64,000 nt of DNA from Nitrosopumilus sp. (GTDB taxonomy: Archaea; Thermoproteota; Nitrososphaeria; Nitrososphaerales; Nitrosopumilaceae). This document shows positions 1 to 9,683 of this stretch, piece after piece; position 1 is the stretch's first letter, and each line of letters starts with the position of its first letter. Below the pieces are notes generated by a model. That model saw only the letters and a program-made list of their open reading frames with translations, was not told the DNA's origin and searched no databases. The translations under genes were made by a program, and so were the position numbers. The stretch spans positions 480,001-544,000 of the forward strand of contig CBDBLO010000002.1 of assembly GCA_965207075.1 (NCBI GenBank). Reading direction: 5' to 3'.

Positions 1-370
1 TGTGCTCTATCCGGCACGTCTCCATCGCGTTGAGTATGAACCCGAACGCGTGGTCGTTGCTGAGAATCTTGGTGCAGTGCAGGGCCCTTGTGGACTCGTA
101 CCACAGAGCCGTGCGGAACTGCCTGTACCGCTGGAACCCGTCGCCGGTGCGCCTCCCGGGCGGAGCTATCACTATGAGGTTGTCGGACAGCCTGGTCTTG
201 GTCTCCGACATGCGTTCTGGGATCTGGACTGTCATGGAGTCGTTCTCTGACCACCTTCTTGCAAGAAAGGTGGCTATCTCCATCAGCGACTCGGCCGAGA
301 TCTTGATCTGCCGCCGCGCCCCGCGCGCGACTCCCGGCGTTGCGGCGGCATGCGCATCCACGGCGATCAC
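1..370 (-). CDS. vWA-domain (NorD/CbbO-like) protein, N-terminal part; runs off the window edge
   Basis: Manual minus-strand translation from GTG 370 gives ...ESLMEIATFLARRWSENDS...FQRYRQFRTALWYES...ILSNDHAFGFILNAMET. This resembles the thaumarchaeal vWA partner that follows the CbbQ/NorQ ATPase. The vWA domain itself lies outside the window. Confidence 0.65.
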   Translation of the reverse strand, partial: MIAVDAHAAATPGVARGARRQIKISAESLMEIATFLARRWSENDSMTVQIPERMSETKTRLSDNLIVIAPPGRRTGDGFQRYRQFRTALWYESTRALHCTKILSNDHAFGFILNAMETCRIEH

Positions 371-401
371 CTGCGACCGGTGCCGTCGCCGCTGCCGCCG
401 C

Positions 402-1346
402 TCATGCCTGCTCCCGCTCCCCGAACATCGAGGTTATCACGTCGCTCACCTTCTGGTGCTCTATCTGGCCCCACTGTGCGTACACGTTCCCGAACACCCA
501 GTCGGCCGCCTTTCTTGCCGGCACGCCCCTTCCAAGCAGTTTTGCATACGCGATGGTCTCCCTGATGCTGGGCGAATAGAATAGCTCCTCCACGGCGGCC
601 GCCTGCCGCAGCGTGTTGGCAAGCTTTACGGCCTGCACGATGTCCTCCCCGCGCCCCGCGCCGCCGGGGCCGTCCCCGAGGTGCGCCCTTACAATCTCGA
701 TCTCCACGTCCTCGGGCGGATACTCCAGCTTTATCCTCACTGGAAACCTGCTCAAGAGCTGGGGCGGCAGCTCCTTCGTGCCGCTGTGCGTAAGTGGGTT
801 TATCGTTGCGACCACAAACCAGCTGCCGTCCGCCCGCACTATCTCCATTGCAGACGACTCTTTTAGCACGAGCTGGCGCCTGTCATCAAGGGCCTCGTCA
901 AGCCTCAGCAGCACGTCGGCCTCGGCCGCGTTTATCTCGTCTAGGTATAGCATGCCCCCGTTTCTCATCGACCGTACGAGTATTCCCTCCTCGAAGGCTA
1001 TGTCACCCCCGCTGAGCGTCTTTGAGCCGACGAGGTGGCTCTCGCGCGTCCTGAGGCTAAAGTTGATCGACTCGAGGCCGCCGTTCTCCCTGCCCGTCCT
1101 CTCCCCGGTGATGCGCGCAAACTCCCTTACAAGCGACGTCTTGCCCGTGCCCTTTGGGCCTATCACGAGTACGAAGAGTCCCGACTCGTACGCGTTGCGC
1201 AGTATCTCAAGCGAGCCGTTCCAGTCTAGGTATGGCGGCGCCGCGCTTTTGGGCAAGCCGTCTGCCGTGGCAGACTGCCCGTTCTGTGATGGCGTTTTTG
1301 GTGACGGTGACGGTGACGACACTTGGTGCGGCTCTCCAGTTGACAC
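402..1346 (-). CDS. CbbQ/NirQ/NorQ/GpvN (MoxR-like) AAA+ ATPase
   Basis: Walker A GPKGTGKT, Walker B LYLDEIN, ATINP sensor, LLSRF arginine finger and a C-terminal SIRE motif. Confidence 0.9.
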   Translation of the reverse strand: MSTGEPHQVSSPSPSPKTPSQNGQSATADGLPKSAAPPYLDWNGSLEILRNAYESGLFVLVIGPKGTGKTSLVREFARITGERTGRENGGLESINFSLRTRESHLVGSKTLSGGDIAFEEGILVRSMRNGGMLYLDEINAAEADVLLRLDEALDDRRQLVLKESSAMEIVRADGSWFVVATINPLTHSGTKELPPQLLSRFPVRIKLEYPPEDVEIEIVRAHLGDGPGGAGRGEDIVQAVKLANTLRQAAAVEELFYSPSIRETIAYAKLLGRGVPARKAADWVFGNVYAQWGQIEHQKVSDVITSMFGEREQA

Positions 1347-1478
1347 TGATGCTGATGCGTGCGTGCGATATTTTAACTAGATGATAACGATGCACGGCGC
1401 CGGTGGCCGCCGCATCGCCAGTCACCGCGCCGTCATAGGCGCTGCGGCCATCTGTGGAGTTCTGCCGGCAGGCATCTG

Positions 1479-2960
1479 TCAGCTGCCAAAGGAGGCCACC
1501 CTTGCAAAGGCGTCGTCCATTCTGCCGTGCAGCTCCTTGTTCCACGCGTCAAAGCCCGACGGCTCCTTTGGATAGTTCCTGTAGTGGTCCACGAGCCACT
1601 GGTTCTCCTTTGAGGTGTACCGCAGACCGTCTGCCACGGTCTTGTTCATGGCGCCCCTGATTATCATGCTCAGTTTGCTCAGCCCGGAAAAGTCGGGGTG
1701 CTCCCCCTTGCTTATGGACTCCACGTCCATGTTGCCCAGAAAGTGCTTCATGCCGTAACTGATCTGCTCGTTTGTCATCTGCTGGACGAGCCTGCGGAAG
1801 AGCTCCAGCCCGGCCGTCTTGTAGCCGTACTCCTCTATAAAGTCAAGATTGTACTGCCACAGCCCCTTTTCCGTGACGTCTTGGGCCTCCAGCGCCGCTG
1901 CAACGCACCTGCCCAGTATCGTGCCGGCAATCAGGGCGGGCCCGATTCCGCCCGCGTCAATCGGCTTTGGCATCCACGCCGAGTCTCCGACAAGAAGATA
2001 TCCTCCTGACACCATGCAGTCGTTCTGGCGCCTTACCGACACCTGGAATATTCCGGAGTTGTTGTTCTCGTCCTCCGGGTCGTTCGACAGTCTGGGGTTG
2101 GCTATCGCCCTGTTTCTGTTCAAGTATTCCAACATCAGGGACTCGACGTTGTCGCGCTTGCCGAGCCTCTCGTTTCTCCTTTTGAGCAGCGACTTTTCCA
2201 CGCCCAGTCCTATGTTTACCTTGTCGTCCCCCTTTGGAAAGACCCAGCCGTATCCCCCGGGCGCTATGTCTTGGTCTAGGTGTATTATGCAGTAGTCCGG
2301 ATCAAAGTCGGACAGATCCTCCTCTGCCTTTTCAAAGTACATGATGTACCTGCCGGTGGACTCCAAGTCGCGCCTGTCTATCCTCCTCTCCACCTTCGTG
2401 GTGTTCTTTATCCCGTTGCGGAGCATCGACGTGACGCCGGTCGCGTCGACCACCACCTTGGATGATCTTGAGTATGGCTGGCCGGTCTTGTTGTCAATGC
2501 CCTTGACTCCGACTACCTGGCCGTTGCCATTCTCGTACTCTAACCCGGTAAGGTTGATCTCGTAGTCAAACTCGATGCCGGCCTTTTGGCACCTTGCATT
2601 CTGAATCTCTGGAAGCTTCTGCCTGTTTAGCATGTATCCGTCCCCGTCAAACGGTATGGACGTCTCCCTGTCCGGCGAGAACGCCATCACTCCCTTGACA
2701 TCGTGCTCGATCTCGGGCTTGGTCCATCTGACTCCTATGTGCTCCGTCATGTAGTCGACTGCCTCCTTTGAGCACGCGTCCCCGCACACCCATCCGGCCA
2801 GGGACTTTCTGCCCGGCCTGTACTGGGAGTTGCGGTCTATCACGAGTATGCTCGCATTCTGGTTGGTGTAGTGGGATACGGACTGGGCGGCTATCGTGCC
2901 TGCCAGGCCTCCCCCTGCGACTATCACGTCGTATGTGTCTGCCAATACGTCCGGGATCAC
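1479..2960 (-). CDS. Geranylgeranyl reductase family FAD-dependent oxidoreductase
   Basis: GGGLAG FAD motif, CGDA, PGGYGWVFPK, LVGDSA and P-x-x-AGGI. Confidence 0.85.
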   Translation of the reverse strand: MIPDVLADTYDVIVAGGGLAGTIAAQSVSHYTNQNASILVIDRNSQYRPGRKSLAGWVCGDACSKEAVDYMTEHIGVRWTKPEIEHDVKGVMAFSPDRETSIPFDGDGYMLNRQKLPEIQNARCQKAGIEFDYEINLTGLEYENGNGQVVGVKGIDNKTGQPYSRSSKVVVDATGVTSMLRNGIKNTTKVERRIDRRDLESTGRYIMYFEKAEEDLSDFDPDYCIIHLDQDIAPGGYGWVFPKGDDKVNIGLGVEKSLLKRRNERLGKRDNVESLMLEYLNRNRAIANPRLSNDPEDENNNSGIFQVSVRRQNDCMVSGGYLLVGDSAWMPKPIDAGGIGPALIAGTILGRCVAAALEAQDVTEKGLWQYNLDFIEEYGYKTAGLELFRRLVQQMTNEQISYGMKHFLGNMDVESISKGEHPDFSGLSKLSMIIRGAMNKTVADGLRYTSKENQWLVDHYRNYPKEPSGFDAWNKELHGRMDDAFARVASFGS

Positions 2961-3310
2961 CTATCCGTATTTAAAATCATGCAGGCGGTTCTCTGATCGA
3001 TGCGGTAGCCCACTCGCGGAGGGCGCGTCTGCCGGCTTTGGCATTCGCGCGCAAACGCATGCTGCCGCGGCCCGCTTTTTTCCGCCCGCGTCTGGGCTTG
3101 AGCGGCAGTCTGCCAAGGTGCAATCTGCACGTCTCCCGCAGCTCTGCCGGTCGTCCCGCAGCCGTCCGATCGCCACCGCATTACAACTCACGAAACCGGC
3201 TAGCCGGCAGCAACGTCTGCCGGAGCAGTGCGGCGCATAATTTGCCATACGTCCTTGTCGCCCCCGCGGATGTCTTTTATCTGATGCCGGCTGCTCTGTC
3301 TGATGGTAAA

Positions 3311-3380
3311 GGGTCGGTTCGTCGCGGGATCCTCACTGCCTCTGGGCTCGGACTGGAGCGGCTATTATCTCCTCATTCCC
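3311..3380 (-). ncRNA. Candidate C/D-box guide sRNA
   Basis: Minus strand reads GGGA-AUGAGGA(C)-18 nt-CCGA(D')-11 nt-GUGAGGA(C')-12 nt-CCGA(D)-CCC, with a TATA-like ATTAAATA at 3403-3410. Confidence 0.7.
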
Positions 3381-3731
3381 TGACCGTCTGTGTCGTATTT
3401 GGTATTTAATCTGTGCCCGGCCTCCGCGCGCACGCGGTGCCACCGCCGCTCCCATTATCCCACGCCACCTCGTCAGGCCACGCCTCGCGCTACTTCCACC
3501 GACCGGATGTGTGTTTGACCTCCTCCCCCTCCCCCTCCCCCCGTCGCATTCGGGCAGGTGGATCGCGTTGGTGACGGGCGGGGCCTGGAGCAGGGTGCGG
3601 GACAGTCTCTCGCTCTTGCAGGAACGATCCGCGCCGCTTAGTGTTAAATAGTCCATCAGTGAGCAAGAATCGGTGTGTTCATTTGTTGTTTGAACATCTC
3701 ATACAAACAGAGTTCACGCCGTAAACCTTCA

Positions 3732-4241
3732 TTATGCACTGCCTCGTAGTATCTCCGCAAACGCGGACACGGCGTCCTTTTTGCTGTATATGGGGGTGTG
3801 AATCTTTATCTTTATGGCGTCTTTACTGCCGCCATTACCTTCCTCCCCCTCATGTCCGCCCGATCCATGCAGTCCGATTATCTCCGGGCGCCCGTTCCTG
3901 ATCAGGACCTGCTTGTCTATCCTGAGGTGGAGCCTCGAGTCGACCGTCCTCTCCTGAATCTGGACTTCCAAGGCGTCTACGTCCATGCCTGAAAGCATGC
4001 CGACAAACCTCCGCACGGACAGCGCAGCGTCCGCGCCCGTAAGATTCACGTCATATACCGATATCGGGTTGCCAAAGTGGCCGGTGGTGTTGGTGCCGGT
4101 AAATGCATCCTCCTGTATTCCCAGCATCTGGCTTGCGGCGCCTGTGACTATTCTGGGATCCTCAGTTGCGTGCACAATCACGCTTGCCGACACCTCCATC
4201 TTTCTTTCCCTTGGCATCGTTGCGCGTCTTACCGTCTTCAA
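3732..4241 (-). CDS. DUF54/RNA_binding family protein (predicted exosome-associated)
   Basis: VIVHATED, GHFGNPI and LHLRIDKQ motifs. The true start may be 4217 or 4199. Confidence 0.8.
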   Translation of the reverse strand: MKTVRRATMPRERKMEVSASVIVHATEDPRIVTGAASQMLGIQEDAFTGTNTTGHFGNPISVYDVNLTGADAALSVRRFVGMLSGMDVDALEVQIQERTVDSRLHLRIDKQVLIRNGRPEIIGLHGSGGHEGEEGNGGSKDAIKIKIHTPIYSKKDAVSAFAEILRGSA

Positions 4242-4440
4242 AATATGTCATGTGGCGCCCGTCGGCGCCGCGTAGGGCCGTACGTGCTTGCATGTTGTTG
4301 CGGGGTCGCCACATCGCTGGACGCGGCGCCACCTGCCATGTATCGGCGTTGGCTACAATCATACTGGCCATGCCCATATAATTTATGATCAGTTGCTTAT
4401 GGTTATAGTCAAAGGAACTGCGTTGTCAGGCGATTGACTG

Positions 4441-5052
4441 TCACGCTTCCAGCAGGACGGTCTCCTTTTCTGCGGTCCGGATCAGCTTTACCTTTTCGAG
4501 CCCGACGTGCCTCACCCTGATCACCTTTTTGAACGCGGCCATGATGTCCGAGTTGATCTTGCTGTAGCATGTGGCCTGCACGAACTGCTCTATGGTCATA
4601 CTCGGGACGGTCTTGTTGATTATGTCCTGCGCAATAAGCCTGAGCGCGTGCTGCCGCGAGGTGTTCAGCTGCCTGTGGGTCAGGGCGATGATCTTTATGC
4701 GAAAGATGTACCCGTCGCTTGTCTTGATGTCAGTCGTGAGGTTGATCTTGGAGGAGCCCCTCCTGACCAGGCTTCTCAGGAACTCTTTGGAATACTCGAA
4801 CCTCTTGAATATTGTGTGCGCCTTGTCGCCGTCCACCTTGGATATCTGAAAGTACATCTTGTACTGGTACTGCGAGGCGTCCCCCTTGAGTATGTCGTGC
4901 AGCGTAACCTCCATGACTCGGCCTATCGCCGTCTCGTCGTCTGTAATCGGTATGTACCCTATCTGGACGCTGTTAAACGACTGGGGGGCGTGCACGGTAA
5001 CCCAGCGCTTTTCGCGCCACTTGTCCTTTACCCTGCCCTTCCGGCGTGCCAA
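4441..5052 (-). CDS. rps3ae: 30S ribosomal protein S3Ae (eS1)
   Basis: KDKWREKRW...GRVMEVTL...LRSLVRRGSSKI. Confidence 0.97.
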   Translation of the reverse strand: MARRKGRVKDKWREKRWVTVHAPQSFNSVQIGYIPITDDETAIGRVMEVTLHDILKGDASQYQYKMYFQISKVDGDKAHTIFKRFEYSKEFLRSLVRRGSSKINLTTDIKTSDGYIFRIKIIALTHRQLNTSRQHALRLIAQDIINKTVPSMTIEQFVQATCYSKINSDIMAAFKKVIRVRHVGLEKVKLIRTAEKETVLLEA

Positions 5053-5219
5053 TTATTCTAGCCCCCGAGGCTAAAATATAAGGGTAATCAAGCGGGCCCC
5101 GCCGGCCCCCGGCCGGACGGCCGCGTGCCGGATCCTGCATGCATGCCAAGTAGCCTGTGACTGCATCCGGCATTCCGCGGCCGGAACATGCCAGACAGGC
5201 AGGCGCTACGGCCGCACCA

Positions 5220-6500
5220 CTAGATCTCCTTCTGCCCGCCCATGTACGGGACCAGCGCGTCGGGCACCGCAACGTGCCCGTCCGCGGTCTGAAAGTCCTC
5301 CATTATAGCCACCAGCACCCTGGTGGTCGCCACGAGCGTGCTGTTCAGCGTGTGGACGTACGCGGTGGCGTCGTTGGTGCGGTCCCTGAACCTTATCTTG
5401 AGCCTCCTTGCCTGGTACCCGAGGCAGTTGGAGCACGAGACGATCTCCCTGTATGCGTGCTGGCCTGCCATCCAGGCCTCTATGTCGTAGGTCTTTGCAG
5501 ACGTCTTGCCCATGTCTCCGGAGGACAGCAGCATTGTGCGGTGCGGGATGCCCAGCTTCTTGTAGAACCCCTCTGCTGTCTGCAGCATCCTCTCGTGCTC
5601 GGCCCACGAATCCTCGGGCCTGGCAAACACGAACTGCTCTATCTTTTCGAACTGGTGCACCCGGAATATCCCTTTCTGGTCGCGCCCGTGGGATCCCGCC
5701 TCCTTTCTAAAGCACGGGCTGACCCCCGCGTACCTTATCGGAAGCGTCGTGCCGTCCAGTATCTCGTCTGCGTGCATCGCGGCAATCGCGTGCTCCGACG
5801 TCCCTATCATGTACAGGTCCTCGCCGTCTATCTTGTATATCACGTCCTCAAAGTCGTCTGCAATCACGGCCCCCTCCATCGAGTCGCGGTTTATCATGTA
5901 TGGCGGCTGGACGGCCACGTACTCCCTCTCTGCGAGATAGTCGAGCGCAAGCCGTATCAAGGCATAGTTCAGGCGCGCCAGGTCACCCTTTAGGTAGTAG
6001 AACCTGGCGCCAGCAGCCTTGGCGGCCCTCTTCAGGTCTATGAGGTCCAGTCCCTCTGCGATGTCGACGTGGTTTTTTGGCTCGTACCCGTTGCCTCCCC
6101 CCACAAGACGCGAAGCGTCGCCCCACGTCCTGACCTGTACGTTTGCCGAGTCGTCGGGGCCCACCGGCACGCTACTGTCTATCATGTTTGGTATGGCCCT
6201 TGCCATCTTGCGGTATGCCGACTCTGCCTCGTCGCACTTGGCGATCGCGCCATCAAGGTTGGAGGACATTCTGCCCATCTGCGATATCATGCGTGACGCG
6301 TCCTCGCCCCTCTTTTTTGCCTGCGATATGCCGACGCCCATCCTGTTTCTTTTTGCGCGCAGCTCGTCTGCAGCGATTATGGTTCTCCTCCTCTCCGCGT
6401 CCAGGGCGACCAGCTCGTCGAGGTCGTATTGGACGGAGCGGGCCTTGAGCATTCTCCTCACCTCCTCGGTGCGGTCCTTTATCGCGTCCGGGTCAAGCAT
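5220..6500 (-). CDS. serS: Seryl-tRNA synthetase
   Basis: GTSE, CFRKEAGSHGRD, RVHQFEKIEQF, EIVSCSNC and HTLNST motifs. Confidence 0.98.
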   Translation of the reverse strand: MLDPDAIKDRTEEVRRMLKARSVQYDLDELVALDAERRRTIIAADELRAKRNRMGVGISQAKKRGEDASRMISQMGRMSSNLDGAIAKCDEAESAYRKMARAIPNMIDSSVPVGPDDSANVQVRTWGDASRLVGGGNGYEPKNHVDIAEGLDLIDLKRAAKAAGARFYYLKGDLARLNYALIRLALDYLAEREYVAVQPPYMINRDSMEGAVIADDFEDVIYKIDGEDLYMIGTSEHAIAAMHADEILDGTTLPIRYAGVSPCFRKEAGSHGRDQKGIFRVHQFEKIEQFVFARPEDSWAEHERMLQTAEGFYKKLGIPHRTMLLSSGDMGKTSAKTYDIEAWMAGQHAYREIVSCSNCLGYQARRLKIRFRDRTNDATAYVHTLNSTLVATTRVLVAIMEDFQTADGHVAVPDALVPYMGGQKEI

Positions 6501-6786
6501 TGTCCATCACCCTTAGCGCGACCTGTACGTGCTCCAGCACCTCGTCGACGGTCCCGACCAGGCTGCCTATGGCGTGCGCAGCGCGCACGCCGTCCTCCAC
6601 ACCTTCAAACTCCAGCGTCAGGGTTCTTCCCGTGCCGTCCCCCTCTTTGTCGTACCTTGCCGCAACGCCGAGGCCCTCCGGCATCCCGGCGTTGTCCGGT
6701 TCCAGCGCGGCTATGACCGATCCGGCCTGCGACTCTGACAGATCGCTAATCCTCACCTGTACTGCGCATCTTAGGGACATTCTCAT
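6493..6786 (-). CDS. pcc1: KEOPS complex subunit Pcc1-like protein
   Basis: ALEPDN motif, size, and position in the rps15-DHH-pcc1-serS-rps3ae string. Confidence 0.75.
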   Translation of the reverse strand: MRMSLRCAVQVRISDLSESQAGSVIAALEPDNAGMPEGLGVAARYDKEGDGTGRTLTLEFEGVEDGVRAAHAIGSLVGTVDEVLEHVQVALRVMDNA

Positions 6787-8242
6787 CTAGAACCTTCAGG
6801 AAATCATCCAATTTGTCTTTAGTTATCTTGGCGCCCGCCGCAGCGCTGTGCCCGCCGCCCACCCCGCCGCACGCGGCCGCCGAGGCGCCCATCAGCTCGC
6901 CCAGATTGACCGCATTGGAGGCGCCCCCGCCTGTCGTGCCCGAGGCGCGGCGCGCAGAGAACTTTGTCATGGACTCTTCCTCTGCCTTTGTCCACAGTAC
7001 CACGATCTTGCCCGAGTACTTGGGGGATCCGGCCATGATGGATGATATGGTTCCCGACATAGTCTCCTGCACCACGTCCTGGGCGTTGACCGTGATGTAC
7101 GGCTTGTCCGGCATTGCCGATATGCGCCACCTCTCGTTTGTCAGTATGTTGATGCAGTTCCTTATCCTGCCCCTGTAGTCCTTCAGTATGGACTCGCCCT
7201 CCAGCAGGCTCCTGCTGCGGTCTCCCATGCATATCGCGATCCCGATTCCGGCCCTGCTTATCCTTCCGCACGAGTTGAGCATGGTGGAAAACTCCCTTGC
7301 ATCCCTCAGGAATCCGCGCCCGTCCTCCTTTGGGAACGTGTACGTGTACCCGATGAGCTCCGACATTATCTCCGTGGCTCCCTCCCCCTCCCCCGACGCA
7401 AACTGCGCGATGGACTCGATCACGCGCTTCTTCTCGTCCTCGTCAAGCTCCGCTGGCACGCGCCACCGTCCCCCCTCCTTCAGCCTTACATCCGACGACG
7501 TCAGAAGGGAGTAGCAGGTGTCGCGGTTCCACGTGAGCCCGTCGATGTACGGCTGCGACGTGTAGGCCAGCGCGTCGGCAAGCGGCTTTGTCTCCCTTCC
7601 AAACAGCAGCAGGTCCATGTCCACGTCGAGCATTCCAAGCCCCTTTGCAGTCTCTGCAATCTCAAAGTTCTTTCCCACAAACGACCTCCGTTCGCCCTGG
7701 TCCTGCCTGTCGCCCAGGGCGGCGACCACTGCCATCGTGGAGAGATCCGAGTTGTCGTCGTCGAGCGCGACTGACGCCAGGTACGCCATGCCGCCTGCCG
7801 ATATCTCCCTGCCGCCGTCGATCCCGTACTTCCACGCGTTTATCACGCCCTCCTCGCCGTTCTCCTCCTCCGGTATCTGGTGGTGGTCGAGTATTGCCCA
7901 CTTGCCGGCCCCGAGCGACTTGTTCAGCTTTGACGCAAACCCCCCGCCCAGGTCCGTTATTATGCAGAGGTCGTGATCCCCGGACTTGAGCCGCCCTATC
8001 GCGGCGTCGCTAAACTCCTTTGAGGTGCTCAGCGCGCACCTGGCGCCGGCCCTGATCAGGGCCTTTGTCATGATGCCGCCCGACGTGAGGCCGTCGCAGT
8101 CTATGTGGGTCAGGACCTGGATGCTGCCGTCTGACTTTATGCAGTCGTTTATCCTGTCGCGGAGCGCTCCCATCGACGCGTCAATCGAGGTGTCAGGTTC
8201 GGTCCGAGTCTCTGTTGTCGATTGTGGCTGGGGGGGCATCAC
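6746..8242 (-). CDS. DHH/DHHA1 phosphoesterase (RecJ/Cdc45-like)
   Basis: HIDCDG, ITDLG, LDHH, GDRQD and GGGHSAAAG motifs. Confidence 0.92.
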   Translation of the reverse strand: MMPPQPQSTTETRTEPDTSIDASMGALRDRINDCIKSDGSIQVLTHIDCDGLTSGGIMTKALIRAGARCALSTSKEFSDAAIGRLKSGDHDLCIITDLGGGFASKLNKSLGAGKWAILDHHQIPEEENGEEGVINAWKYGIDGGREISAGGMAYLASVALDDDNSDLSTMAVVAALGDRQDQGERRSFVGKNFEIAETAKGLGMLDVDMDLLLFGRETKPLADALAYTSQPYIDGLTWNRDTCYSLLTSSDVRLKEGGRWRVPAELDEDEKKRVIESIAQFASGEGEGATEIMSELIGYTYTFPKEDGRGFLRDAREFSTMLNSCGRISRAGIGIAICMGDRSRSLLEGESILKDYRGRIRNCINILTNERWRISAMPDKPYITVNAQDVVQETMSGTISSIMAGSPKYSGKIVVLWTKAEEESMTKFSARRASGTTGGGASNAVNLGELMGASAAACGGVGGGHSAAAGAKITKDKLDDFLKVLDENVPKMRSTGED

Positions 8243-8688
8243 TCGAGTTGGGCCACGACTGATTTATATTTCCAAGTTCTGGGTATCCGCCCTATCTTCT
8301 TGTAGTATACGGACAGCCGGTGCACCTTTGCCTCGATGAGCTCAAGTGATCTGATGTTTCTGCGGTCGCCGTGGTTCTCCTTGAGGTGCTTTTGCAGGCC
8401 AATTGCCTTCCTTACCATGTTCTCAAGATCCTCCGGCATGTCGGGCCTGAGGCCGTTCTCCTCTAGTATCCTTCCCATCGTCTTGTCCGCCACCACCTTG
8501 ACAAGCGGGATGGCATGCTGATCCCTGAGCTTTATGCCTATCTGGCTCGGGGTCATGCCGTCCTTTGAGTACTTGACTACCGTCTTCTCTATCTCGTCTG
8601 CCGACTGCTTTACCCATTCGGGCTTTGTCAGTACGTGCGGCCTGATGGAATGTGACTTGCCATGTCTGTGCGTGTGCATTCGGCCCAT
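8239..8688 (-). CDS. rps15: 30S ribosomal protein S15 (uS15)
   Basis: MGRMHTHRHGKSHS...PSQIGIKLRDQH...LIEAKVHRLSVYYK. Start placed at ATG 8688. Confidence 0.97.
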   Translation of the reverse strand: MGRMHTHRHGKSHSIRPHVLTKPEWVKQSADEIEKTVVKYSKDGMTPSQIGIKLRDQHAIPLVKVVADKTMGRILEENGLRPDMPEDLENMVRKAIGLQKHLKENHGDRRNIRSLELIEAKVHRLSVYYKKIGRIPRTWKYKSVVAQLE

Positions 8689-8842
8689 GCCCCCTGCCAA
8701 CTGCGGTGTCAAATTAAACCTTACCAACCACTGCTTTCTTTCGCGTTGAGTACGGCCACGCCTGCGTGCGCGGTTTGAGATCTGACCGCCGTGCGGATGG
8801 GGTTTAAGAGGCATCAACCCCCTACTAGTATAGGCAAATGCC

Positions 8843-9219
8843 ATGGACACAAAGGTACTACTAGCGGCAACCGTGCTGTCGGTCTTCTCTTTGCCGCCGT
8901 GGGCGCCGCGTCGATCGCACCTGCCCAGTATATGGGCAACGTCGACAGTGACGGAGATCCCACCCCTCCTACGCTTGAGGAACCGTTGATCGAGGAACCG
9001 TTGATCGAGGAACCGTTGATCGAGGAACCGTTGATCTAGGCTCGGGAGAGGATCGGGCCCTCAGAGGCCAATCCCGCATCCGGATCGGGAACTCCATACC
9101 TTGACGCCGACGGCGTCGTGGGCGCGTCCGCCATGGCGGGCGCCGTCTTTGGCGGTATAGCAGGAGCCTTCTTCTTGAGGGGCCGTTCTGGCAAATACGC
9201 AGCACCGGGAGGTGGATGA
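8843..9219 (+). pseudogene. Disrupted tandem paralog of the amoZ-like gene at 9351-9683
   Basis: Colinear DNA similarity to 9351-9683. It has a 1-nt deletion near 8885-8890, a 4x15-bp expansion and an in-frame TAG at 9037-9039. Confidence 0.88.
8977..9036 (+). repeat. Perfect tandem repeat (GAGGAACCGTTGATC)x4, encoding EEPLI x4
   Basis: Read directly; units start at 8977, 8992, 9007 and 9022. Confidence 0.98.
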
Positions 9220-9350
9220 GACCCACGTGTCTTGCTGTGTGACGCCTAGCGCATGCCTTGTACGCCTTCAGGCCGCTCCGCCTGCGTCAGGCAGCTGTGC
9301 GGAATAAAGTTTTAAATAACTAATAATCACAATCACTGTAGGTAAACGCT

Positions 9351-9683
9351 ATGAACACAAAAGTACTACTAACAGCAACCATGCTGTCGGTCTTTTTCTT
9401 TGGTGCCATGGGCGCCGCATCGATCGCATTTGCCCAGTATATGGGCAATGTCGGCGGTGGCGGAGAGACCGGTGCTCATACGCTCGAAGAGATATTGGAG
9501 ATTCAGAGAAGGAGAATCGAGACGGCGGAAGCCAATCCTGCATCCGGATCGGGAACTCCATACCTTGACGCCGATGGCGTCGTGGGTGCGTCCGTCATAG
9601 CGGGCGCCGTCTTTGGCGGTATAGCAGGCGCCTTCTTCTTGAGGGGCCGTTCTGGCAAATACGCAGCAATGGGCCGAGGATAA
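9351..9683 (+). CDS. amoZ: AMO-associated membrane protein, probably AmoZ (signal peptide, short external domain, C-terminal TM helix)
   Basis: Signal peptide ending AFA-Q and C-terminal TM GASVIAGAVFGGIAGAFFL. It has its own TATA (TTTTAAATA at about 9310) and lies between rps15 and amoB. The Y/Z naming rests on topology and synteny only. Confidence 0.55.
   Translation: MNTKVLLTATMLSVFFFGAMGAASIAFAQYMGNVGGGGETGAHTLEEILEIQRRRIETAEANPASGSGTPYLDADGVVGASVIAGAVFGGIAGAFFLRGRSGKYAAMGRG

Noticed and set aside
8977-9036. Short regular repeat as a possible mini-CRISPR or Dam (GATC) methylation array
   Set aside because: The units are contiguous with no spacers and no cas genes. It is an in-frame coding expansion, and GATC is common throughout the window.
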